Source: Squalus acanthias (taxonomy: Eukaryota). From it: a DNA stretch of 64,000 nt. Below the pieces are notes generated by a model, which saw only the letters and a program-made list of their open reading frames with translations, did not search any database and was not told the origin of the DNA. Position 1 is the stretch's first letter. Every line of letters starts with the position of its first letter. The DNA is taken from the NCBI GenBank assembly GCA_030390025.1, contig CM059440.1, positions 52,080,001 through 52,144,000 on the forward strand, in the 5' to 3' direction. Of the stretch, positions 39,281-51,300 are shown piece by piece. The translations under genes were made by a program, and so were the position numbers.

Positions 39281-41103
39281 CTACTTTTTGCCCTTCGAGG
39301 GTGATCTCCTTCCCTTGCGCACTTCCCCCCTTCTAACCCTACTGCTCCTCCGTAATGGGACCTCAGTGGCTGCAGCAAGGCTGGTGGAAGGCTGCTGCTT
39401 GTCAGACCCTGACACTGCAGATGCCCCTGAAGGACGGCCTCGACCACTTCTGGGCCTGGAGGGCCCGGCTGCAGACTGCACCAACTCTGCATGGGCGGCA
39501 GCAGTCTGTCCTACAGGCGGTGGCAAGTGCAGTGGAGAAGTGACAGTGTTGGCAGCAGGAATGCTGTCATCGTGAGAGAGGACAGCAACTCCCTGCTCGC
39601 CCGACACACTGGCACTCCCACGGGGCAGCACTTCAGCATCCGGAGCAATTTGCCTGAGAACAGATTGCTGGCCTGCTGCGGCGCGGTGACAGCCCCGGGG
39701 ACATGTGCACGAACCATCGAGGATGGCAGCAGTCAGTGCTCGCGTGGCCTCAATCTGAGTCTGCATGAGAGCAGGCTCAGATGGGTTCCTGGCAGCCAGT
39801 GACTGAATTGCAGCAGTAAGCTTTAGTGTGGCATCCGCCTGTGCTACAGCGAAGTGCTCCACACTCCTTGCCAGTGCCTCAATGCATTCGGGCACCCTTC
39901 CCACTGCACCCATGAGCTCAGTGTGCATGACCACCGCCTGGCTGTTCATTTCTGCAATCAGCCGCTCCTCCTCTGCGTCCATTGCATTAGGAGTGTCTGG
40001 CATACTCTCCCTCTGGGGAGAAGGCTCCCGTTCTTCCCTCCCCCCCCCATGGCGTTGCTGCAGCCCGCTGGGTCCTGGAACTTCACCATCATCAGCCCCT
40101 TCCCCCCTGCTCCCCTCCGGGGAAGGCGTGTTCCCAGTGTGGCCATGGGCTTCCTCGGGAGAGGGTGGCACTGATGCTCCGGCTTCCTCTTCCTCCTCAG
40201 CTGCAGCATCACTCCCAGTGGCAGCTTCAGGGACCATCTCCTCAGCTGGTGAATCACCATCTGAAAGCAGGGAGGTACAAGAGTGGCTTTAGCGTGAGGA
40301 CAGGGTGGCAGTAAGGGAGGAATAAGTGCAGCGAGTTAGCAAGTTGGATTGAAAGTGTCAAAGGCTGGTATTGTGAGGGACAAGTGGAAGGACAGAGGAC
40401 AAAAAGGTGATGACCTTACCATTGCTGTCCACAACGGGGTCGGCGTCTCCAGTGGCGACGGGACCGATCACCCGGCTTGCCACAATCCTGTGGACGCGCT
40501 CCTCCAGATCGCTGAGGGGTTGCAGCTGAAGCCGCCCTCCACCCGTCCGTTGCTGCTGTCTCCGATTATGAGCCAGCTTAGCCTGCAAGAAAAAGGACAG
40601 CATCTGAGTCAATATACAGCCATGGTCTTGCCTGATGTGCCTCCCATAGGTGAATAGCCCTTACAATATACAGCCATGGTCTTGCCTGATGTGCCTCCCA
40701 TAGGTGAATAGCCCTTACTGTATGCAAAGTGTGGAATGTGTGTGTGTGTTTGATGAAAGGGCCATAGGTGTTGGATGAGTGTTGTGCATTGGGGTTTTAA
40801 GACCCTCTGGCCATAGAGTGAGGTTGAGATGGAGGGATGGAGAGGTATTGAGAAAAAGCCACTCACCCTGACGACCCGAGTGAGGTCGTTGAACTTTTTG
40901 CGGCACTGGACATGGGTCCTGGGCACCATGCTCCTGGAGGAGACGCTCTGAGCCACCTCCCTCCACACTCTTCTGAACTCGCGTGGCAAAGGCCTCCTGC
41001 CACTCTCTGGGAACAGCATGCATCGTCTGCGCTCCACTGCGTCAACCAGAGCATCCAAGGCCCGCTCGGTGAAGCGATGAGCGCGTTCTCTCACCCTCTC
41101 CAT
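39281..41103 (-). CDS. Harbinger Myb/SANT-like DNA-binding protein, three exons (41103-40867, 40582-40420, 40260-39281; about 459 aa)
   Basis: RFTERALDALV..WREVAQSV..RTHVQCRKKFNDL in exon 1 and RTGGG in exon 2; GT-AG junctions with phases 0 and 1 keep the frame; basic C-terminus. Confidence 0.85.
40611..40717. repeat. 54-bp tandem duplication in intron 1 of the Myb-like gene
   Basis: aatatacagccatggtcttgcctgatgtgcctcccataggtgaatagcccttac occurs twice. Confidence 0.9.
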
Positions 41104-43329
41104 GCTTGGCAGCAAAATGGATTACAGGTCTCTCCAGGCTGAGATTCAAGGCTGCAATGAGCAGGGTGTGGCTGGGGAGCAAGTGGCCCCCCCCGCTTTA
41201 AGAAGTGTCCGGCGCCAGTGTGTCTGTGTTCCCTCGCTAACTGGCAGCAGCTGCGCTGCGCTCGTGCGCTGAGTTAGCGCCTCACTCCTAGGCCTTTGCG
41301 CCTTAAGAGAGGTGTGCAGCGCCTAATTTAGCGCTCCACTCACCTCCCGGGGCGGTAAAAGTGAAGTTTCCTGTCAGTGCCGATAATTAGCGCCAGGCGC
41401 TAATATTTGCGCGCGGACGATATTTGCGCCCCAAATGGGGCGCGACCTAATTTCTACCCCAATGTTTCTATGTTTATGTTTCTGTTAACAGGCAGTTAAT
41501 TGTCACTAATCCCTTCCCGCCTCGGGGAGTCGGGTCTCAGAACAGGTCGGGTACCCGCCTCCAGAGAAACTGGCATGGAGGCGGGTTGGAGTCGGGATGG
41601 GGTCGGGACCCCCGAATCTGCAACTTTAACCGCCCCCCCCCCCCCCCCCCCGCCTCCAAACCCGACTCCACGGGTCATTGAAAATCCAGCCCACTCTCTC
41701 TGTGTCCATTCTATCAAAACCTTTCATAATTTTGAAGACCTCTATTAGGTCACCTCTCAGCCTTCTCTTTTCAAAAGAGACCCAGCCTGTTCATCCTTTC
41801 CTGATAGGTATAACCTCGCATTTCTGGTATCAAATTTAAATTTGCGACTGACTGACTTCTGTTTCTCCACAGATGTTGCCTGACCTGCTGAGTAAGTCCT
41901 GCTTTTTTTCTGTTTTTGTTTCATGAAGAATTTTTAAGCCATGAACGAACAGTTAACAGCTCCCCAGGCACAGATGGAAAGCAAGAGAGCAAGTCACCCT
42001 GGACTGGTCTCAACCGCCAGCTGCTGGTCATTTACAAAACAGCACGGACAGGAAGTGTGAGCAGATTGCCTCTTTACTGTGTGGAACATAGGAACAGGAG
42101 GAGGCCATTCAGCCCCTCGAGCCTGTTCCGCCATTCAATGAGATCATGGCTGATCTGTGACCGAAAATGTTGGCAGTGAGGATCCCAGTGTTTTTCTTTT
42201 CCATGATTAGCTGCTGTGAGTTCTACACCATGTATTGTTGGAAATTGGGATTCATCGAGTTACATCGAGTCTACAGCACAGAAACAGGCCATTCGGCTCA
42301 ACTGGTCTATGCCGGCTTTTATGCTCCATGTGAGCCTCCTCCCACCGAGAGGATTTGAAGAATTATATTCATCACTGCGTGAGGATATGATTGTATGTTG
42401 GCCTCAGTCTGTGCTGCTTCAGGAGACAGATTTAACTGCAAAATGTATTCAGTTTCAAGGTTGAAATTCCATGAACCAAAGCTTGGAGTGGACAGTGCCA
42501 AAAACAGAGGGAAAAGCTAGAGTTTAAAAAAAAATGTGAATATTCAACCACAACACACAAGAAAGTGGAACCATGATAGGAAAGTAGTAGAGTGGGCAGT
42601 GCAGGGCATTGGTTTCTTTCACACGATGACCAGTCCCCCCCTTGCTCCCATCACATGGTTTTTTCTCTCCTTCCGTTCTTTCATAAACTTCTCCCATCGG
42701 CTCTCCCTGGTTTGTAACTTCAGTTGCTGAGGATCCTTTTTGTGAGATTAGGCGCTCGTCTCGTGATTTATTTTGAGCCACATTGTTCTCGTGTCTCCTC
42801 CCAAGTTGTCAGCTTAAGAACATAATAAATAGGAGCAGGAGTCGGCCACACGGCCCTTCGAGCCATTCAATATCACGGCCGATCTTCTACATCAACTCCA
42901 CATTCCCACCCGATCCCCATATCCCTTGGTTCCTTTAGTGTCCAGAAATCTATACTCAACGACTGAGCATCCACAGCCCTCTGGGGTAGAGAATTCCAAA
43001 GATTCACAAAGTTCCAAATAAGTGCACCCTTTGTGTGGCTTGTATCGAAGAGGATGAGACAAGCTTGACTTTAGGTTGAACTTTTTGCTGGTTCCAGTAG
43101 TGGTTCTGGGGAACCGGTATGAAGTAACCACTTTAGTCTGGGTAGGGTTAGTAGTGCTGGCAGGTTTGCATCTTATAGGTGCATCAGAGTGCCATTTCAC
43201 CCTTAAACTTATAAGGTTCTTAACTTAAAGTCAGTTCTGTGTAGTGTTACAATGCAATCTTTTTAAAACCGTACTCTGCACTAGTGCCATTCCTAGCACA
43301 CCCACTTTTACAAACGGAAAATTGGAGAC

Positions 43330-44597
43330 GCGTGCAATAAGGGCACAGCAGTTATCATGTGTGACTTTAATCTACATATAGATAAAGGAGAACCAGTGGA
43401 TGTGGTGTATTTGGACTTTCAGAAGGCTTTTCGATAAGGTCCCGCATAAGAGATTAGCGTGCAAAGTTAAAGCACACGGGATTGAGGGTAAGGTACTGTC
43501 TTGGATAGAGAACTGGTTGGCAGACAGGAAGCAAAGAGTTGGAATAAACGGGTCTTTTTCCGAGTGGCAGGCAGTGACTAGTGGGGTACCGCAGGGATCG
43601 GTGCTAGGACCCCAGCTATTCACAATATATATATAAATGATCTAGACAAGGGAACTAGATTTAATATCTCCAAGTTTGCAGACGACACAAAGCTGGGTGG
43701 GTGTGTGTGCTATGAGGAGGATGCAGAGAAACTCCAGTATGATTTGGACAGGTTGGGTGATTGGGCAGATGCTTGGCAAATGCAGTATAATGTGGATAAA
43801 TGCGAGGTTATCCACTTCGGTGGCAAAAAACAGGAAGACAGATTATCATCTGAACGGCAATAAATTGGGAAAAGGGGAAGTGCAACGAGACCTGTGCACC
43901 AGTCGCTGAAGGTAAGCATGCAGGTGCAGCAGGAGGTTAAGAAGGCAAATGGTATGTTGGCTTTCATAGCGAGAGGATTCGAGTACAGGAGCAAGGATGT
44001 CTTGCTGCAGTTGTACAGGGCCTTGGTGAGACCACACCTTGAGTATTGTGTGCAGTTTTGGTCACCTTATCTGAGGAAGGATGTTCTTGCCATGGAGAGA
44101 GTGCAGCGAAGATTCACTAGGCTGATACCTGGGATGGCAGGAATGAGGTATGAGGAGAGATTGGGTCGATTAGGCTTATATTCGCTGGAGTTTAGAAGAA
44201 TGAGAGGGGATCTCATTGAAACTTATAAAATTCTAACAGGACTATACAGACTAGAGGCAGGGAGGATGTTCCCGATGGCGGGGGAGTCCAGAACCAGGGG
44301 TCACTGTCTAAAGATAAGGGGTAAGCCATTTAGGACTGAGATGAGGTTGGAATTTCTTCACCCAGAGAGTGGTGAACCTATGGAATTCTCTACCACACAA
44401 GGCAGTTGAGGCCAATTCATTAAATATATTCAAGAAGGAGTTAGATATATTTCTTAAGGCTAAAGGGATCAAGGGATATGGGGAGAAAGCAGGGACAGGG
44501 TACTGAATTTGGATGATCAGCCATGATCTCATTAAATGGCGGAACAGGCTCGAGTGGCCGAATGGCCTACTCCTGCTCCTATCTATGTTTCTATGTC
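43330..44597 (+). mobile_element. CR1 LINE fragment (RT to 3' tail) with deletions
   Basis: Translates as FDKVPHKRL..GVPQGSVLGP..LVRPHLEYCVQFWSP; CR1 tail. Confidence 0.92.
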
Positions 44598-45343
44598 ATC
44601 TGATGGTACAGCTGACATAACCAGTATATAACAGCCATACTAAGAAGGCCCCAGGTTTAATTCCTAATTGGAGTAACGTGCTACAATTCCCTTAGTACCC
44701 CAGACTGACGGGGAAGAATCAGCCTCGGATGCGGTTTCTGGCTCCCAGTGTTTACTGTGTGTGGAACACTGATCCTCAAAACACCCTCAGTCAGTGTCTC
44801 AGCTCACAGAACTGCCAGGAAATTCTTTGGGGTTTTTCAGCCCCCCACACACAGTGCCGCCTTAACTTCAGCAGCAGTCAGTTTACGTAGGAAAACAGGG
44901 TTTCCAAAGTGATGGCGGTGGAGCGGGAGAAGGCCCGAAGAAATTCACCGCGCAAGTGTTAAACTAAAGGAGGACAGGGTGCTAAAATAACTAAAGCAAT
45001 TCTTGGAGACAATGACAAAAGAAGAAAATAGAATTAAATACAAAGCTTTATTGCATTAAGCTGTCCTGATCCAGCAGAAGATGACCACTCCTGGTCCAGA
45101 AGATAAACAAAAAACACGATTGTATTAAATAGAGAGAGTTTGGAAGTTACAAATGTGAAAAGGGACCATTCAGATGGCACTTGTTATTCTGAGTGTTGAT
45201 ATTTAGTAGTGAGGGTTAAGAAGACGTGTCCACATTGGCTCAAGGCTGCCATAAGCAGTAATCCACTATGTTGCAGCAATAAATATCGGTTTTCATGGCT
45301 GAAGGGGCAGCGTCCAATCACATGTATTTTCTTGAATGATCCA

Positions 45344-48300
45344 TCACGTAATGCCGTGTTCATTTTGTTTCTCTCCATTTGCCAGTGAAACACATTTCTT
45401 GCACACGGCTATGACTAGAATTAAAATTATAAATTCAATAGCAAGGACAGTGACTGCAAGCATCCAGAGATTTCTTGTGAGAATGTGATCAGTTTTCATT
45501 TCTGGTGAAAAAAAGAAAGAAAACTATTGATCATTACGGCAGTGGTTTCAGTGCTGGTTTGGTCTTCTATGCTAATAGTTTAAAATATAACCACCATAAA
45601 AGCACGACCGCATTTAAGAATGCTTAAAGAAACTGATAGCCAAGTTCCGCACCCATGAGGACGGCCTCAATAGGGATCTCGGGTTCATGTCACGCTACAG
45701 AACGTGACTCAACATCGTTGTCTGTCTTCCCGTTTTTAAAAAAAAACACAAAAAAAAGTTAAAAGCTTAACTGCAGACGGCAGCATTTGACACGTTGGAC
45801 CCCCTGTGACCCACCTCATTGTCTTAGCTGTACTCTGCTGTGTCTTTGATGTAATGCCTCCCTAACAGATTGTATCTCTGCAGACACATTGTTCTCTGTC
45901 TATATATACTGTGTAATCCATTCCCTCACTGTACCTTTACCTGAAGAAGGAGCGGAGCTCCGAAAGCTCGTAATTTTAAATAAAACTGTTGGACTATAAC
46001 CTGGTGTTGTGCGACTTTGCATTTAAGAATGTAATTGACGTAATAAAGACTCACTACGCACTTGAACATAAAGCAAGACTTTAATCAACTTGTAACAAAA
46101 CATGGAGGTCTAGTTAGCAGTCACTAGCTTCCTGTTTCCAGATTGTCTCTGCCCAAGGTGGGCCCATGCCTGAGTATTTATACTCCCTGGACGGCGCCCC
46201 AGCTGGCCACCCAGTAGTACTTCCTGAGTTGTTACTTGTGATTTATGACATTCTTCCTCCCTAAAAGGTTTGGAAGTCCAGTCTTCCTTTAACGGACTAG
46301 GCGGACCAGAAATAGCCGCAGACGTTTAGCTCTCTGCTTGTGACTGGAAGGCACGTCTCCCCGGACCGTGTCCTGGTCCCTGGGTCGCTTGGCCTGTACC
46401 GGTAAGTCAGTAGAGTCCGTGTCATCGTGATCATCCTGTGGAGGACTGGGAATATCATGACTCCGGGTGCGGGTCCCCACAGGTGCTGAGCTGGCCTCAT
46501 CCCGGGTCGTGGCTGGAGATTGTCCGGCGTCCTGGTTTCGGGTGGCCATCCTACGGGGAGCGTCCAGCTCCCCGAGTTGATCCGGTAGCGTTGCCGGCAG
46601 ATCCCCCGATGTCCCAGGCGGGGCGTCATTTTCATAGGGGTGCGGAGTGTTGATATCATTGTCGGGGGATCCTTCATCATTCGGGCCCGTGTGACTGGTT
46701 GGGCAGGGAGCCAGATCTCGGAGCGAGACGGTGGTCTCCCGGCCATCAGGGTACCGTACGTGCGCATACGTGGGATTTACCTCCGTTAACTCCACCTCGT
46801 CAACGAGAGGGTCGTTTTTGGCAGACCGGACGAACCTCCGGAGTAGTACCGGGCCTGGAGCCACCAACCATGACGGTAGAGACGTCCCATGTGTAGAGCG
46901 ACGCCGGAATTTGAAGAATCGCTCATGAGGCGTGACATTAGTAGATGTGGAGAGAAGAGACCTGACAGAGTGTAACGCGTCGGGGAGCACCGTTTCCCAC
47001 TGCTGGTCCGGCAGGTTGCGTGACCTTAGTGCCAGACGGACAGCGTTCCAGATGATGGCATTGTATCGTTCAACCTGTCCGTTACCGATTGGGTGATATG
47101 GTGTCGTCCTACTTGAGGCGATTCCCCGTTGGGAGAGATAACTTTTAAGTTCACTCGACATAAAGGAGGGACCCCGATCAGTGTGGATAAAATTGGCCGT
47201 CCCGCAAAGGGAAAAGACCTGATCGAGGCATTTAATTACCGTAGAGGTAAGCATATTAGGGCAGGGGAAGGCGAAGGGAGAGCGTGAATACTCGTCCACC
47301 ATCGTAAGTAGGTAGGTGTTCCTTGTCGACGAAGGCAATGGCCCTTTAAAGTCTATGCTGAGCCTCTGCATAGGCTGCATTGCATGTATGAGTAAGCAAT
47401 CTGATGGGCGAAAGAATTGTGGTTTCAATTCTGCACAAATCCTACAGGAGGAGCATGTTTTCTTTACGTCCTCGGTTGAAAATGGTAGATTTTTGGAGCG
47501 CACAAAGTGCAACATGCGGGTCACACCAGGATGGCATAAGTCCATATGCAAATCCGCCAGAGTCGACGTTGACATGGAGGAGCAAAATGCCCGTGTGAAG
47601 GTATCTGGGGCCACGTTCTGTTTGCCGGGTCGGTAACAGATAGTATATCCAAAGGCAGCCAGCTCCATCCTCCAGAGTTGAATTTTATTATTTTTGATTT
47701 TCGTGCGCCTCCGGTTATCCAACATGAAGGCCACAGAGCGCTGGTCAGTTATAAGCGTAAAATGACGCCGAGCAAGAAAATGACCCCATTGGCGTACAGC
47801 CTCGATGATGGCCGTAGCCTCCTTCTCGACGGGGGGGTAATGGAGCTCGCTACCCTGCAAGGTTCTGGATAGGAATGCCACGGGTCGGCCACCTTGATTC
47901 AAGGTAGCGGAGATCGCCACCTCCGATGCATCGCATTCGACCACAAAAGGAAGATTTTCATCAATGGAGCGAAGCGTGGCTTTCTCCAGCTGTCGTTTGA
48001 GGAGGTTGAAGGCAGAAATAGCCGTAGCTTCCAATGGAAAAAACTTCGCATGGAGCAGGGGCTGTATTTTATCGGAGAAGTGTGGTATCCATTTTGCGTA
48101 ATAAGCAAACATACCAAGTGCCCGACGAAGAGAGCCGAGGTTCGTCGGGGGAGGGAGCTCCTGAAGTGGACGAAGTCGCTCTGGGTCCGGTTTAATAACA
48201 CCGTTGCCCACCCAGTAGCCAAGAATGTTCACCGATGGCACCGACTTCACCGATTTGGATTCGTTTAACGTTAAGTGGCGACGGCGGAGTACGTCAAAAA

Positions 48301-51300
48301 ATCTCTGAAGATTGGCGTCATGCTCCTTTTGATCATGGCCGGCAATAGTGATATTGTCTAAATACGGAAAGGTATCCGTCAAGTTCTCTTGCCGGACTAG
48401 GCCATCCATGGCCCGTTGGAAGACGGCCACCCCATTGGTGACCCCGAATGGAAGGCGGCGAAACTGGAAAAGCCGACCATTGGCCTCAAAGGCCGTATAC
48501 TTCTTGTCGGAGTCTTGCAGTGGCACCTGATGGTACGCGCTTTTTAAATCGAAGGTCGAGAATACCTTGTATTTGGCAAGGTTGTTGACCATGTCATCTA
48601 TGCGTGGCAGCGGGTAGGCATCCAGATCGGTATATAGATTAATAGTCTGCGAATAATCGATACACAGACGTTTTTTATGTTGTTTTAAGGGATTCCTCAC
48701 GATGACGACCTGAGTCCGCCAGGGAGATGAACATGGCTCGATAATACCGTCGACTAAAAGGCGAGAGATTTCCGCCTCAATAAACGCTCGATCGTCTTGG
48801 CTAAAGCGCCGCGATTTGGTGGCTATGGGTTTACAGCGGGGGGGAAGATTGGCAAACAGGGAGGGTTCACCGAGTAAGGCCGCCGAGAGTGCACAAAACG
48901 GCACCTTAGAAATGGTAAGCTCCGGCCTTGACCCTCCAAACTCAAAAGTGATCTTCTTGTGCTGCTTCTGGAAGTCCTGTCCCAGAAGCACATCGCTGCA
49001 TAAGTTTGCGAGTACTCCGAGCCGGGTGGAGAGATACGTGCGGCCGTTGAGGATGAGGTTGACCAGACAGAAGCCAGAAGAATTGGTGGTCAGAGTCGTC
49101 AGAGCCATTGCAATCTCCCTGTCCGAGGGATAAATGTGCAGTTTTAACCTGTTGACAGCCCGCTTACTAATGAAGCTGTCAGAGCTGCAGGAGTCGATTA
49201 GCGCGCTTAGAGTGTGCCCATTTACTGAAACCTTCGTGGCTGCATGGGACAAACTTTGGGGAAAAACAGCCGTGATGGGAGGAGGGGCAATTTTCCCTTC
49301 GGCAACTGTAGCCTTAACAGTAGTTCTTGGGGGAGGAGCAGCTCCATAGATAGCAGCTGTGAAGCTAACAGGAGCTCTCGACCGGTATACTTTAGAGGAG
49401 CGGCCTTTCTTGTTAGCAAAGGCCCGTGACTGGCATACCTTGGAAAAGTGTCCTTTCTTGCTGCAATGATTGCAGGTCACATTACGAGCCGGGCAAAATT
49501 TTCTGTGATGGCACGCCCCTCCACAAAAGAAACACTTTCTTCCTGATTGCCAGGATGCTGCTAGGGCGGGGTCGTCATCAGCTAAGGCCTCTAGGGTAGG
49601 GTCGTCGTCTGTTAGAGTAGAGTCAACATCAGTGGGGGCATCTGCCCGAGACCTACCGAAAGACTCATTAAAGGAGATAGCCGCCGCCCGTGCACGTGGT
49701 GGGAGATAAGTGTCTGCATTTTTCTTGGCCAAGTCCAAGGAACACGCCTGGTCATAAGCAGCCCGTAAATTGAGGGTTTTATTTTCCAGCAGGCGCTGAC
49801 GTATAAAAGGGGACGCGATTCCATTGATAAAGGAATCGCGGATTAGTTCCTCTTGATACTGTTCAGCTGAAACTGCTTTAAGGTTACAATCCTTGCTGAG
49901 CCTGCGAAGTTTCTGGAGAAATTCATCGAGTGATTCCCCAGGCTGCTGCCGAGTTGTGGCCAGTAGGTGTCGAGCAAAGATTTCATTTGGGGACTTGACA
50001 TATAGCTGCTGTAAGATTTCGATAGCAGTGTCATAGTCTATACAGTCCTCAATATAATCATACACATGAGGAGACACGTAGTTGATAAGCATTCGTAACT
50101 TATTAGGGACATCCGCCCCACATTCTTCAAGAAAGTTGCTAAAGGTACGAAACCAATGCTTCCATACCTTTGCTGCCGCAGGTGCATTCGGGTCCAGGTC
50201 GAGACGAGCGGGTCTAAGGAGTTTTTCCATGATGGATCAGTTTCTTGCCCAAGTTCCCTTCTGTGGTTCGAGTTGCAGCTGGTTGTTCCGAATCACCCAA
50301 AGCGTGGAGACGATATCAAGTTGATTAAATTGACGTAATAAAGACTCACTACGCACTTGAACATAAAGCAAGGCTTTAATCAACTTGTAACAAAACATGG
50401 AGGTCTAGTTAGCAGTCACTAGCTTCCTGTTTCCAGATTGTCTCTGCCCAAGGTGGGCCCATGCCTGAGTATTTATACTCCCTGGACGGCGCCCCAGCTG
50501 GCCGCCCAGTAGTACTTCCTGAGTTGTTACTTGCGATTTATGACAGTAATTGTATGGTGAAAGTATTTTTAAACGTTGGATAACACAGTAGTAGCCTAAA
50601 CCAGAAACAAAGTGCATTGATACAGCGCATTTAATGTAGAAAAACATCCCAAGGTGCTTCACAGTAGCGTAATCTGCCCAAAAAAACACGTATTTATACA
50701 GCGCCTTTCACAACCCCAAAGCGCTTTACAGCCAATGAAGTACTTTAAGTGATCACTTTGGTCATGCAGGAAATGCAGCAGCCAATTTGTGCACAGCAAG
50801 CTCCCACAAACAGTAATTAGATAATGACCAGATAATGTGTTTATTTTAAAGTGATGTTGGTTGAAGGATAATAATAGTCAGGACACCGGGGAGAACTCCC
50901 CTGCTCTTCGTAATAGTTGAGAGGACGCACAACACCAGGTTATAGTCCAACAGTTTTATTTGAAATCACAAGCTTTCGGAGCTATCGATCGCCCCTTCCT
51001 CAGGTGAAGTAGTAAAGAAATACAGACTCGACAAAGCATATATAGATAGAGAACAATGCATGTGTACCTTACAATTGCAGACAACTAATAGTGCCATGGG
51101 ATCTTTTATGTCCACCTGAGAGAGCAGACGGTGCCTCGGTTTAACGTCTCATTTGAAAGGCGGCACCTCCGACAGTGCAGCACTCCCTCAGTACGGTGCT
51201 GGAGTGTCAGCCTAGATTTTTGTGCTCAAGTCTCTGGCGTTGGGCTTGAACCCACAACCTTCTCCCACCTGATGCAAGGCTGACACCTAAAGAGAGATAT

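Larger units (their letters stand above)
37315..41460. mobile_element. Autonomous PIF/Harbinger DNA transposon, apparently intact
   Basis: TIRs ggggtaaaaatt / aatttctacccc; flanks tat/aat; GCGCC-rich subterminal repeats; convergent transposase and Myb/SANT-like genes. Confidence 0.93.
37059..41481 (+). mobile_element. 5'-truncated SINE with CR1-type tail (V-SINE/HE1-like; 37059-37314 and 41461-41481)
   Basis: taaattgacccttagtgt body; CR1 tail gatcagccatgatc..gaatggcctactcctgctcct; 8-bp TSD ctgttaac (37051-37058 and 41482-41489). Confidence 0.7.
36441..41692. mobile_element. Harbinger-type MITE (36441-37058 and 41482-41692) split by later insertions
   Basis: TIRs gggctggatttt / aaaatccagccc; 3-bp TSD ACT (36438-36440 and 41693-41695). 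Confidence 0.8.
36115..41830 (-). mobile_element. CR1 3' fragment in two pieces (36115-36440 and 41693-41830) hosting nested insertions
   Basis: Translates as FPLVGKSKAQGHQYKIV..FFTQRVVRMWNLP; the CR1 sequence resumes after 41692. Confidence 0.75.

Noticed and set aside
37826-41103. Domesticated HARBI1/NAIF1 host genes
   Set aside because: They are enclosed by TIRs, inserted in a SINE tail, and have a related MITE nearby, so this is a transposon.
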